Below, piece after piece: positions 7,635 to 16,120 of a DNA stretch of 64,000 nucleotides; positions within the stretch are counted from its first letter, which is position 1; each line of letters opens with the position of its first letter. The stretch lies in contig OY762926.1 of NCBI GenBank assembly GCA_963666735.1, positions 2,656,001 through 2,720,000 on the forward strand, read 5' to 3'. The stretch is from Gemmatimonadota bacterium. Lineage in GTDB: Bacteria; Gemmatimonadota; Gemmatimonadetes; Palauibacterales; Palauibacteraceae. The notes under the pieces are model-generated. The model searched no databases, was not told the origin of the DNA, and saw only the letters and a program-made list of their open reading frames with translations. The position numbers were made by a program, and so were the translations under genes.

Positions 7635-10031
7635 ATGGCGCTAATCGGACAGGACATTTCGCCGCCGGATCTGCGCGCGAAAGTCACGGGACGAGCGAAG
7701 TACGCGGAGGACTTCCGGGCGGAGGGCATGGTGTTCGCCAAGCTCCTCCTCAGCCCCATGCCGCACGCCCGCGTGCGCAGCGTGGACGCGAGCGGCGCGC
7801 TCGCGATGCCCGGCGTGCTCGGGATTCTGCGGGCGAGCGAGGTCAACCAGCCCGACGCACCGGGCGAAGCCGCGCTCACGGATGAGCCGAAGTACGTGGG
7901 CGAGCCGATCCTCGCGCTGGCGGCGGTCGACGAGACGACGGCGGCGGACGCGATCGAGGCGATCGACATCGACCTTGAGCCGCTCCCCTTCGCGATCGAC
8001 CCGCTCGACAGCCTGCGGCCCGGCGGCCCGGACGCCCGTCTCGAGGGGAACGTGATGCGTGCCGGCGAGAGCGGGCGGGAATTCGTCTCCATGAAGTGGC
8101 CGCAGGCGGAGTTCGACGCGGCAGAAGCCGAGGGCCGGCTGCCGATGGGCGAGCCGGACTTCACCTGGGACCATGGCGACCTCGACGCCGCCTTCGACGC
8201 GGCGGACTACGTGCTCGAAGACACCGTGGTGCATCAGTCGCTGACCCACCATCCGATGGAGCCCCGCAGCTCCATGGCGTACTGGGACAACGGCCGCTGC
8301 TACCTGTACGGGTCCACGCAGAGCACGCAGCGCACGCACGGCGCACTGGCGGCGCAGCTCGACCTCGACCCCGAGAACCTCGTCTTCGTCGGACAGTACT
8401 GCGGCGGCGGCTTCGGATCCAAGATCGCCGGCGCCCCCATCTACCAGGTCACGGCCCTCCTCGCGAGGAAGATCCAGCGGCCGGTGATGATGCGGATCAA
8501 CCGCTACGAGGAAAACTACATCGGCCGCGGCCGACCGGGGTTCCAAGCTTGGACGAGGATGGGCTTCCGCAACGATGGGAAGATCACGGGGATCGATCTC
8601 TACATCGTGCAGGACCACGGACCGTACGGACGGTCCGGGGACTACATCCAGGCCGGGAACGTCGCCGACCTCATGTATCAGCCCGACGCGATGCGTTTCC
8701 GCGGCCTCACGCTCTACACGAACACCCCACCCCGGGCGGCGCAGCGGGGGCCGGGCGGCGCCCAGATCGTCGCCATGCTCGAGCCGCTCGTCGACAAGGC
8801 GGCGCGCGAACTGGGGCTGGACCGGGTGGAGGTCCGCAAGATCAACGCCCCGTCGCACGACTCCGAGTTCGGGCCGCAGCGGGCGACGACGACGAGCGCC
8901 TTCGTGCGCGAAGCGATCGATGCCGGCGCGGCGCAGTTCGACTGGGCCGGGAAGCAGGCGCTCAGCGGTCAGCGGAACGGTACGAAAGTCACGGGGGTCG
9001 GCGTGGGCCTCAGCCCCTATGTCGGCGGTTCCTCCGGCTTCGACGGGCTCCTCCTCATCCGCCCGGACGGGAAGCTGTACATCCACCAGGGGATCGGGAA
9101 CCTCGGCACGCACTCGATGGCGGACACGGCCCGCGCCGCGGCGGACGAACTCGGGCTCGAGTGGGACGACTGCGCGGTCATCTGGGGCGACAGCTCGCAG
9201 CACCATCCATACAGCTCGGTGCAGGCGGGAAGCCAGACGATCCACGCGCACACGCGCGCCAACTACGCCGCCGCACTCGACATGAAGCGGAAGCTGCAGG
9301 AGGTCGCGACCGCCGCGCTGGGCGGCTCGGCGAGCGCGTACCGGGTCGGTGGCGCGCGCGTGACCGGGCCGGGGGGCTCCATGAGCTTCTCGCAGGCTTC
9401 GGAGCGCGCGATCGCCATGGGCGGCGAATACTCCGGCGAGGAGTTGCCGGAGGACATCAACGACTACACTCGGGCTTCCGCGACGCAGCTTGCGGGCCAG
9501 GGCCTGATGGGCGTCGCCCGGGACAACTTCTCGCACGAGGGTTCGACGTGGTCGTGGGTCATGGGCTTCGCGGTCGTCGAACTCGACACCGAGACGGGCG
9601 ATGTGCGGCTCGTCGACTACACGGGGTCGGCCGACTGCGGGATCGTGGTGCACCCGCGCAGCCTCGCGGCGCAGATCCACGGCGGCAGCGTGCAGGGCTT
9701 CGGCCAGGCGCGCAGCCAAAAGTGGGTGTTCGACCCGAAGTGGGGCGTGCCCTTCGCCCACCGGCTCTATACCGCGAGACCTCCCGGCATCCTCGACGTG
9801 CCGCTCAGCATGGACTGGGCGGCGGCGGGCGAGCCGGACCCGCAGACGCCGATCGGCGCCAAGGGGATCGGAGAACCTCCGGTCGGGGCCGGGTCCGCGG
9901 CGGTCACCTCCGCGATCGCGGACGCGCTCGGCGGGCGCTGCCTGTGCCGGATCCCGCTGACGACGGACGTGATCCTGGCCGAACTCGAGGGCCGGGCGCA
10001 GCCGCACGCACTCACCGAGATCCACAGCTAG
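7635..10031 (+). CDS. Xanthine-oxidase-family molybdopterin subunit (PaoC/XdhA-like)
   Basis: KVTGRAKYAED, GGGFGSK, AQRGPG, AKGIGEPP; GGGGAGG RBS before ATG 7635. Confidence 0.93.
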   Translation: MALIGQDISPPDLRAKVTGRAKYAEDFRAEGMVFAKLLLSPMPHARVRSVDASGALAMPGVLGILRASEVNQPDAPGEAALTDEPKYVGEPILALAAVDETTAADAIEAIDIDLEPLPFAIDPLDSLRPGGPDARLEGNVMRAGESGREFVSMKWPQAEFDAAEAEGRLPMGEPDFTWDHGDLDAAFDAADYVLEDTVVHQSLTHHPMEPRSSMAYWDNGRCYLYGSTQSTQRTHGALAAQLDLDPENLVFVGQYCGGGFGSKIAGAPIYQVTALLARKIQRPVMMRINRYEENYIGRGRPGFQAWTRMGFRNDGKITGIDLYIVQDHGPYGRSGDYIQAGNVADLMYQPDAMRFRGLTLYTNTPPRAAQRGPGGAQIVAMLEPLVDKAARELGLDRVEVRKINAPSHDSEFGPQRATTTSAFVREAIDAGAAQFDWAGKQALSGQRNGTKVTGVGVGLSPYVGGSSGFDGLLLIRPDGKLYIHQGIGNLGTHSMADTARAAADELGLEWDDCAVIWGDSSQHHPYSSVQAGSQTIHAHTRANYAAALDMKRKLQEVATAALGGSASAYRVGGARVTGPGGSMSFSQASERAIAMGGEYSGEELPEDINDYTRASATQLAGQGLMGVARDNFSHEGSTWSWVMGFAVVELDTETGDVRLVDYTGSADCGIVVHPRSLAAQIHGGSVQGFGQARSQKWVFDPKWGVPFAHRLYTARPPGILDVPLSMDWAAAGEPDPQTPIGAKGIGEPPVGAGSAAVTSAIADALGGRCLCRIPLTTDVILAELEGRAQPHALTEIHS

Positions 10032-10044
10032 GGGAGATAGAACG

Positions 10045-11043
10045 ATGGCCGTGATTCGCGACATGATGCCCGCGTTCGAGCTCTTCCAGCCGACGAGCGT
10101 GGACGAGGCGCTGGACGTGCTCGAGCGCCACGACAACACCTGGGTCCTGGCCGGCGGCCTCGACTCGATGGACTGGTTCAAGGACCGCATCAAGCGGCCC
10201 GACGTCGTCGTCGAACTGGGCTCCGTGAGCGAGCTGAGCGGGATCCGCGCCAGCGGAGACGGGCTCGAGATCGGCGCCATGACCTCGCTGCGCGACGTGG
10301 TGTCGAACGAGGAGGTGCGGTCCCGCTTCGGAATCCTCGCCGACGCCGCCGCCGAGGTGGCGACGCCGCAGATCCGGAACCAGGGGACGCTGGGCGGCAA
10401 CCTCATCCAGGACACGCGCTGCTGGTACTACCGGGGCGGGTGGCCGTGCTACCGCGCGGGCGGGAACATCTGCTACGCGGGGACGCCGCAGTCCATGAAC
10501 CGCGAGCACGCCGTGACCGGACAGAGCCGCTGCGTGGCCGTCAACGGGGCGGACACGGCCGGGGCGCTGGTCGCCCTCGGCGCACAGATGATGGTGCGCA
10601 GTTCGAGCGGCGAGCGCGTCTACGAGGCCGAGGACTTCTTCGTCGGCCCGGAGATCGACATCCAGCGCATGACCGTGCTGGAGCCGGGAGACCTCCTGAC
10701 GCACGTGCGCATCCCCGGCGACTGGGCGGGCGCGCGCTTCTACTGGGAGAAGGTCCGCGACCGGAAGTCGTGGGACTGGGCGCTGGCCAGCGTGGCCGCC
10801 GCGATCGTGGAGTCGAACGGCACGATCGAGCGCGCCCGGATCGCGATCAACGGCGTGGCCCCGACGCCCGTGCGGCTGACCGATGTCGAGCGCCTCGTAC
10901 AGGGGATGCCGGCGGACGACGACACCGGCATGGCGGCCGGCGAACTCGCCACGCGCGGCTTCAAGCCGCTGCGCCACAACGACTACAAGGTGCCGCTCGC
11001 GCGGAATCTCGTCCGGCGCGCGGTGCGGGGAGACATGGCCTAA
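10045..11043 (+). CDS. FAD-binding subunit with [4Fe-4S] insert (PaoB/HcrB-like)
   Basis: LAGGLD, PQIRNQGTLGGN, Cys insert RCWYYR..CYRAGGNIC..RC. Confidence 0.92.
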   Translation: MAVIRDMMPAFELFQPTSVDEALDVLERHDNTWVLAGGLDSMDWFKDRIKRPDVVVELGSVSELSGIRASGDGLEIGAMTSLRDVVSNEEVRSRFGILADAAAEVATPQIRNQGTLGGNLIQDTRCWYYRGGWPCYRAGGNICYAGTPQSMNREHAVTGQSRCVAVNGADTAGALVALGAQMMVRSSSGERVYEAEDFFVGPEIDIQRMTVLEPGDLLTHVRIPGDWAGARFYWEKVRDRKSWDWALASVAAAIVESNGTIERARIAINGVAPTPVRLTDVERLVQGMPADDDTGMAAGELATRGFKPLRHNDYKVPLARNLVRRAVRGDMA

Positions 11044-11919
11044 ATGGAGATCCTCAGAACGGCGCCGAATCCCTGGGGCCAGGAGGTACTCGTCGGCGTC
11101 GCCTGGGATCTGCTCTGGGCCGCCGCCATCGCCGGCTTCGTGTTCGTGGTCGGACACCATCTATACGTCTGGATCATGGCGCCCAGGGCTCCGAAAAGCG
11201 CGCCGAAGGCGGCTCCCGAGGTGCCCGAGCGCGTGGAGCGCCACTCACAGGCGTCCCGGACGTTCCACTGGCTCATGGCGGCGACCATGCTCACGCTGCT
11301 CGTCACGGCGTTCTTCCCCGTGATCGGCGTCCAGTTCGCCTGGGTCACCATTCACTGGATCGCCGGCGTCGTCCTCACCCTCCTCATCATCTACCACATC
11401 ATCCACGCGACGACGAAACAGGATTTCTGGTCCGTGTGGACCGGGACGAAGGAACTCGGGCAGGCGTTCCAGGCGATCGGGAAGTTCCTGCGTCGCGAGC
11501 CGGCCAAGGAGGAGCGGTCCGGGAAGTACCCCCTCGACCAGCGCGCCTACCACAACGCCGTGACGCTCGTCTCGGGCGGCGTGATCGTCACGGGGATCCT
11601 CATGATGGTGGGCGTCGACACCTGGTTCTGGGCGAGTAATCCGTACTTCCTCGCCGACTCCACGTGGGGGCTCGTGTTCGTCATGCACGGGCTGTGCGGG
11701 GTCGGGCTCGTCACGATGGTCATCGCCCACGTCTACTTCGCCATCCGGCCCGAGAAGCGCTGGATGACCCGCTCCATGATCAAGGGCTGGATCACGCGCG
11801 AGGAATACCTCGAGCACTACGACCCGGACCTCTGGAAGCTGGGGACGGAGCCCGCCGGGGCCGAGTCGGCCGGAGGGAGCGCGTCGTCCGCGGATCCCGA
11901 CGGGGTCGTGCCCGCTTGA
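11044..11919 (+). CDS. Cytochrome b membrane subunit (formate dehydrogenase gamma-like)
   Basis: Multiple TM helices with His in RTFHW, IHWIAG, MHGLCG, IAHVYFA; SMIKGWI...EHY tail. Confidence 0.88.
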   Translation: MEILRTAPNPWGQEVLVGVAWDLLWAAAIAGFVFVVGHHLYVWIMAPRAPKSAPKAAPEVPERVERHSQASRTFHWLMAATMLTLLVTAFFPVIGVQFAWVTIHWIAGVVLTLLIIYHIIHATTKQDFWSVWTGTKELGQAFQAIGKFLRREPAKEERSGKYPLDQRAYHNAVTLVSGGVIVTGILMMVGVDTWFWASNPYFLADSTWGLVFVMHGLCGVGLVTMVIAHVYFAIRPEKRWMTRSMIKGWITREEYLEHYDPDLWKLGTEPAGAESAGGSASSADPDGVVPA

Positions 11920-12302
11920 GCCGCGAGGAGCTGAAGGCTCACATCGAGGTCCTCGAGAAGGCGTACGAGTTCCTCCTCTCCTACGCCGCGCTCGGCGCCG
12001 AGCAGGAGGAAGCCTCGAAGGTCGGCGGCCAGTTGCGGGAATACCTGAGCCGGACGGATGCCGCGCTCCGGGCGCTGGCGAACGACCTCGGCGGCCTCGT
12101 CGCGGCGGAGGGACTCGAGCCGGCCGGCGCCTACGGAGAGATGATCGGCGTCACGTCCGCGGACGCCGCCCGGGCCGGGGCCGCCGTGCGGCTGGTCCTC
12201 ACCCAGGAGACGATCAGCTCGCAGTTGATCGACAACCTCAACGCCTCCTCCCACCTGCGGGCGCTCCTCACCGACCTCTTCCTCCTCGACGACGTCGTCT
12301 GA
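11916..12302 (+). CDS. Conserved hypothetical helical protein, last gene of molybdoenzyme operon
   Basis: TTG overlaps the upstream TGA. Reads LSREELKAHIEVLEKAYEFLLSYAA...ISSQLIDNLNASSHLRALLTDLFLLDDVV with native codon usage. Confidence 0.75.
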   Translation: MSREELKAHIEVLEKAYEFLLSYAALGAEQEEASKVGGQLREYLSRTDAALRALANDLGGLVAAEGLEPAGAYGEMIGVTSADAARAGAAVRLVLTQETISSQLIDNLNASSHLRALLTDLFLLDDVV

Positions 12303-12312
12303 CCGAAACGCG
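12243..12312. repeat. 70-bp direct repeat, left copy (3' end and stop of the upstream gene)
   Basis: 68/70 identical to 13828-13897. Confidence 0.95.
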
Positions 12313-12348
12313 GCGGATTCGTTACCGCGTCTCTATCGCCTGAGTCCG

Positions 12349-13617
12349 TCAGGGGGTTCCGGCGCGGTCGGGGCAGTTGCGGTTGACCCGGTAGCGGTGG
12401 ACGTAGGGGACGCCGAATTCGCCGGGCGCCGTCGCCCAGACCTCGGTGCGACCGGCCCGGAGGATTCGCAGCCGCGGCTCCCAGTCTTTGTGGTCCGGCG
12501 GTCCCTCAATGCGCACCGAGCCCTCGAGTTCCCCGCCTTCAGCGTAGATCTCCCACACGTCGGCCGGGTCCGGCCACGCCTCGCGGAGGAGCCAGATCGA
12601 ACCGTCTCCGCCGGCCACGATCCGGCGCACGGGGGGATAATGCTCGGGAAAGGTGATGATTTCGCGTCCGATCCGCCGCTTGCGCCCGGGGTTGCCCGTG
12701 TCCCACGGAGACCCGCCCCGGGCCAGCTGGTCCGCCTTGAGTTCCCGCTGCAGCGATGCCTCGGCGCGCGTGACCGGCCGAGGTTCGTACGGGACCGCGC
12801 GATGGAGCAGGGTGTCGCCGTCGAACCGGATCTTCAGGAGATCGAAGCTCGCATCCGCCCGATCCTCCCTGACCTCCCCGATGAGGACGACGGCGGAGCC
12901 GTCCGGGGTCGCGGCAACCGGCAACCAGGACTCGCCCGCCCACGGACCGAGCGGATGCGAGGTCATCACTCCCCACCCGTACCGGTCCGTCTCGTGCTCG
13001 AGGGTGCGGGATGCCAGATGGCGTTCGACGATCGCGAGCGTGTCCACGACCTCGCCGGACGCCGAGACGCGGCGCAGGGCGGCCCGGTCGGCCTTCAGGA
13101 AGCGGTCCAGGTCCTCGTTCACGGTCCGGGAGGGCAGGAAGGCGCCGCCGGGTAGCGGCCTGCCGGGATTCAGGTTCGACCCCTCCTCCGGAAGCCGGAT
13201 CCGGAAGCTCACGCGATCGATCTCGGACCCATCGGCCGACAGGAACTGCGTACCGAGTCTGTGGCTTATCCACAACGTATCCCCCAGCCAGCCCACTTGG
13301 CGGGGCGGCGCGGGGAACTCGCCGGGTCCCTGGCCCTCGCGTCCGATCGTGCCCGCGGGTCGGCCGTCCGGCCAGAAGACGCGGATGGGATCCCAGGACT
13401 GGAGGAGGTACACTCTGCCGTCGGGCCCGATTGCCAAGTCCCGCACATAGGTGAGGGCCCCGTCACCGTCCACGGACCCCAGACGGAGCGTCTCCTCCAG
13501 TTCCCAGGGTCGTTCGCACACTTCCTGCCCCGCGAGCGGAGCCGCACCGAACGCCACGTACCCAGCCGCGACGCCGACCAGGGCGGCCGCCGCGCGGATC
13601 CGGCGGAGGCGCGTCAC
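12349..13617 (-). CDS. 6-bladed beta-propeller, exported
   Basis: Signal (V)TRLRRIRAAAALVG...LAGQ; IGREGQGPGEF; DGSIWL; EFGVPYVHRYRV. Start uncertain (GTG 13617 preferred). Confidence 0.85.
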   Translation of the reverse strand: MTRLRRIRAAAALVGVAAGYVAFGAAPLAGQEVCERPWELEETLRLGSVDGDGALTYVRDLAIGPDGRVYLLQSWDPIRVFWPDGRPAGTIGREGQGPGEFPAPPRQVGWLGDTLWISHRLGTQFLSADGSEIDRVSFRIRLPEEGSNLNPGRPLPGGAFLPSRTVNEDLDRFLKADRAALRRVSASGEVVDTLAIVERHLASRTLEHETDRYGWGVMTSHPLGPWAGESWLPVAATPDGSAVVLIGEVREDRADASFDLLKIRFDGDTLLHRAVPYEPRPVTRAEASLQRELKADQLARGGSPWDTGNPGRKRRIGREIITFPEHYPPVRRIVAGGDGSIWLLREAWPDPADVWEIYAEGGELEGSVRIEGPPDHKDWEPRLRILRAGRTEVWATAPGEFGVPYVHRYRVNRNCPDRAGTP

Positions 13618-13827
13618 GCGCCGGCGTGCCGGGCGGCGAGGACCCCGGCTTCCAGCGAGACCTGGCTCATTGCGAGCGTCTCCCCCCCCCCCGCGGCGTC
13701 CAGTGGTCATATGCATCCACGGCGTCACCTCGTGCCCTCGGGTTTCGGCGACGCGCACGGGCCAGCAGGTCCAAGGGTCCGGGTCGTCCCCAAGCCCGAT
13801 GATGAGCCCCGGGCGCGACAGTCACAA

Positions 13828-13897
13828 GCCTCGTCCCACCTGCGGGCGCTCCTCACCGACCTCTTCCTCCTCGACGACGTCGTCTGACGGAAACGCG
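13828..13897. repeat. 70-bp direct repeat, right copy
   Basis: GCCTCGTCCCACCTGCGGGCGCTCC...GTCTGACGGAAACGCG, 2 mismatches to 12243-12312. Confidence 0.95.
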
Positions 13898-13957
13898 TCA
13901 ACACTCCTCCCCGAGCGGCATCAGCCTGGTCAGGTTCGGCTGCCGATCCGCTGATCA

Positions 13958-14004
13958 TTGATCGACCAGTCCCGATGGCATAACGTTGCACCAATTGATG
14001 CCAT
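13958..14004 (+). promoter_or_regulatory. sigma70-type promoter and operator of vapBC
   Basis: TTGATC-N17-TAACGT (13958-13986), overlapped by inverted repeat ATGGCAT(13975)...ATGCCAT(13998). Confidence 0.7.
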
Positions 14005-14029
14005 GAAGTGAATGCACAGGGAGCGACCG

Positions 14030-14275
14030 TTGAAAACCCTCACCGTACGGAAGATCCCTCCGGAACTTGCCCGCGCGCTGGATGCCGAAAAGCGACGCCG
14101 AGGCCGGTCGCTCAACCAGACCGTCATCGATCTCCTCCGCCAGAGCCTCGGGGTCGGGAGACGGAGGTCCAACGGCCTCGCGCGGTTCGCCGGCGACTGG
14201 ACCGAGGAGGAGTACCGGGAATTCAAGGAAGCGACGAGGGTGTTCGAGGAAATCGACGAGGAGATGTGGCGGTGA
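14030..14275 (+). CDS. Ribbon-helix-helix antitoxin (FitA/VapB-like)
   Basis: LKTLTVRKIPPELARAL...SLNQTVIDLL; acidic tail; GTGA overlap with PIN gene. Confidence 0.85.
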   Translation: MKTLTVRKIPPELARALDAEKRRRGRSLNQTVIDLLRQSLGVGRRRSNGLARFAGDWTEEEYREFKEATRVFEEIDEEMWR

Positions 14276-14667
14276 CTCGCTACTGCCTGGACACGTCGGC
14301 CTACAGTCGTTTTCGTCGCGGGCACCGCCGGCTGGCCGAGGTGCTGGACTCGGGCGCGTGGATCGGTGTGCCCGCGACCGTGATTGGCGAGTTGCGCTAT
14401 GGCTTCCAGGTGGGCGGACGCCGGGCGTACAACGAGGCGAAGCTGTCGGACTTTCTTGCCAGTCCGGCGGTCGAGGTGCTGGAGGTGAATGAGGATGTGG
14501 CGGCGTGTTACGCCGACATCGTGGCGGCGTTGCGCCGGGCCGGCACACCCGTACCCGCGAACGACGCCTGGATCGCAGCCTGCGCGGCGCACACCGGTTC
14601 AACGGTGCTCACCGCAGACGCGCACTTCGAACGCATCCGGCGCATCGGCGTTCTCACGGTCTCGTGA
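14272..14667 (+). CDS. vapC: VapC PIN-domain toxin
   Basis: LDTSAY...VIGEL...NDAWIAA...TADAHF: all four acidic PIN residues present. Confidence 0.92.
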   Translation: MTRYCLDTSAYSRFRRGHRRLAEVLDSGAWIGVPATVIGELRYGFQVGGRRAYNEAKLSDFLASPAVEVLEVNEDVAACYADIVAALRRAGTPVPANDAWIAACAAHTGSTVLTADAHFERIRRIGVLTVS

Positions 14668-14679
14668 GCCGCCTCGGGG

Positions 14680-15387
14680 TTATCCTTCCGTGCGGGTGAA
14701 GGTAAAGGTGCCGATGGGTTCGTCGGAGAAGGGAGTCACGCCCCGCAGGCTGTGAATCGGTTCCCTCGGCTGGGTATCGTCGTTGGCCGAATTGTAGGAA
14801 GGCCCGCTGTCCGTCCCCGCGTCGTAGGGGTAGAGGACGACCTCGAGTTCGCCGACCCAGTTGCCCGCGGCGTCGCGCAGCGGCAGGTCCGACACTCCCA
14901 CGAACCAGTCCGGGCTCGGGGCAATCATCGTGACGAGGGTGACGAGCGGGAAGTCCTCGCGAAGCGTGACCGCCTGAATCGTCGTGCTTCCGGGACTGCG
15001 GATCCCGGACCCGTTGATGACCGCCAGCGCGTTCGCCGGGATTTCGGCCCGGATCTCATTCGTCAGAGCACTGGTGCTTCCGGTTTCCGCCATGCTCTCG
15101 ATCCCCGGCGTGGCGGTGCCCTCCGGTGCCCAGAAGGTCGCGTCTTCGTCGTGCACGGCGCCGATCAGCGGCGAGAAGTGCGCCCCTCCCGGGAAGTTGG
15201 CCGGGTGCGTGGAGGCACTCCACGTCGCCTCGAAGACCACGCGGTACGTCGCCGTGGTCGCCGTTGCCGGGGGCGGCTCCGGGTCGGGCCTCGGCGCCGG
15301 GTCGGTCCCGGCGCCGCCGCACGCGAGCGTGGCGAGGACCGCAACCGCCAGCGGTCCGATCCAAGTGTTCGAGAACGTCGGCAACAT
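14680..15387 (-). CDS. Spondin_N (F-spondin/mindin-like) domain lipoprotein
   Basis: Lipobox-like LATLAC; HFSPLIGAVH, MIAPSPDWFVGV, LYPYDAGTDSG. Confidence 0.9.
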   Translation of the reverse strand: MLPTFSNTWIGPLAVAVLATLACGGAGTDPAPRPDPEPPPATATTATYRVVFEATWSASTHPANFPGGAHFSPLIGAVHDEDATFWAPEGTATPGIESMAETGSTSALTNEIRAEIPANALAVINGSGIRSPGSTTIQAVTLREDFPLVTLVTMIAPSPDWFVGVSDLPLRDAAGNWVGELEVVLYPYDAGTDSGPSYNSANDDTQPREPIHSLRGVTPFSDEPIGTFTFTRTEG

Positions 15388-15440
15388 TGGGTTCACGGTG
15401 GCTCTAACCCGTGAAGTCCCGCCAGGTTCCGGCGGCAATC

Positions 15441-15473
15441 TCAGGCTTTCGCGTGCCAGGCGGAGTGAGCCTC
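15441..15473. repeat. Degenerate copy of the 3' end of the epimerase gene (17926-17958)
   Basis: TCAG-N6-GCGTGCCAGGCGG-N6-CCTC in both places, 24/33 ungapped. Minus strand reads AWHAKA* versus AWHARV*. Confidence 0.65.
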
Positions 15474-15558
15474 CGTCTCTCGCTTGGCGGGGCAACCGAC
15501 CTGGGGCTCCGCAGGTAATGAGGGAATCAACGTAATTCCGATACCGATACTCTCAGTA

Positions 15559-15624
15559 GTCTTGCGTAGAGTAGCATCACGTGCTACGGCTTCTTCGAGC
15601 GAGTCCCCTTCCAATCTCGGGAGG
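15559..15624 (+). promoter_or_regulatory. Conserved upstream element of Cys-rich peptide cassette (copy 2)
   Basis: GTCTTGCG-N16-GCTAnnGnTT-N9-AGTCCCCT-N8-CGGGAGG; matches 1512-1573. Confidence 0.7.
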
Positions 15625-15631
15625 CGCCAGA

Positions 15632-16120
15632 ATGTCCTGCTTCAACTACTTCCAGAGGTCCGCAGTATTCGTCACGCGGGTCGTCGCCCTGCGGGTGCCG
15701 TCTGTCACCGCCACCACGCCGGGAGCACCGCTGTTCCGCCGAATCGTGGCCTCGGTGCTCGTTGCCACGATAGCAGTTCCTTCGCTGGCAAATGCTCGCG
15801 AACTCCCCGAGGACGAGGGACTGGAGCACGCTCTGCCACCCGCGGCAGCTCCCGTTGCCCAAGCGGGCATGAGTCTCAACGGCTGCCCTTCGCTAAACGG
15901 AGTCCCCGGGGCGGGAGGCTGCGTGACGGTGTGGCTGACGTGGGACGTCGCCATGAGTACGCCGGGCCCCGTCAGCGTCACCATCACCTTGCTCGAGCGT
16001 CGGATCGAATGTGTAAGCTGCGACTGCATATGGACCTACGAGGACAGCAATGGGCATCTGCGGCTCTTGCGGGACACGTGGCTTGACTGCGGAAGCAGCC
16101 ACGACGACGACTTGATGTGA
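15632..16120 (+). CDS. Small secreted Cys-rich protein (long leader, 6 Cys in mature part)
   Basis: GGGAGG RBS; RRIVASVLVATIAVPSLANA signal; GCP..GGC..ECVSCDC..LDC; GTGA overlap with next gene. Confidence 0.75.
   Translation: MSCFNYFQRSAVFVTRVVALRVPSVTATTPGAPLFRRIVASVLVATIAVPSLANARELPEDEGLEHALPPAAAPVAQAGMSLNGCPSLNGVPGAGGCVTVWLTWDVAMSTPGPVSVTITLLERRIECVSCDCIWTYEDSNGHLRLLRDTWLDCGSSHDDDLM

Noticed and set aside
7635..10031. Aerobic CO dehydrogenase CoxL
   Set aside because: The active-site loop is AQRGPG, not AYxCSFR or AYxGAGR, and the Tat signal fits a Pao-like enzyme.
7641..10415. Very long antisense or alternate-frame ORFs (e.g. 924 aa here; also 20776-23088, 29360-31645, 50803-53349)
   Set aside because: Shadow ORFs of high-GC genes. 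They overlap recognisable genes and have no motifs.
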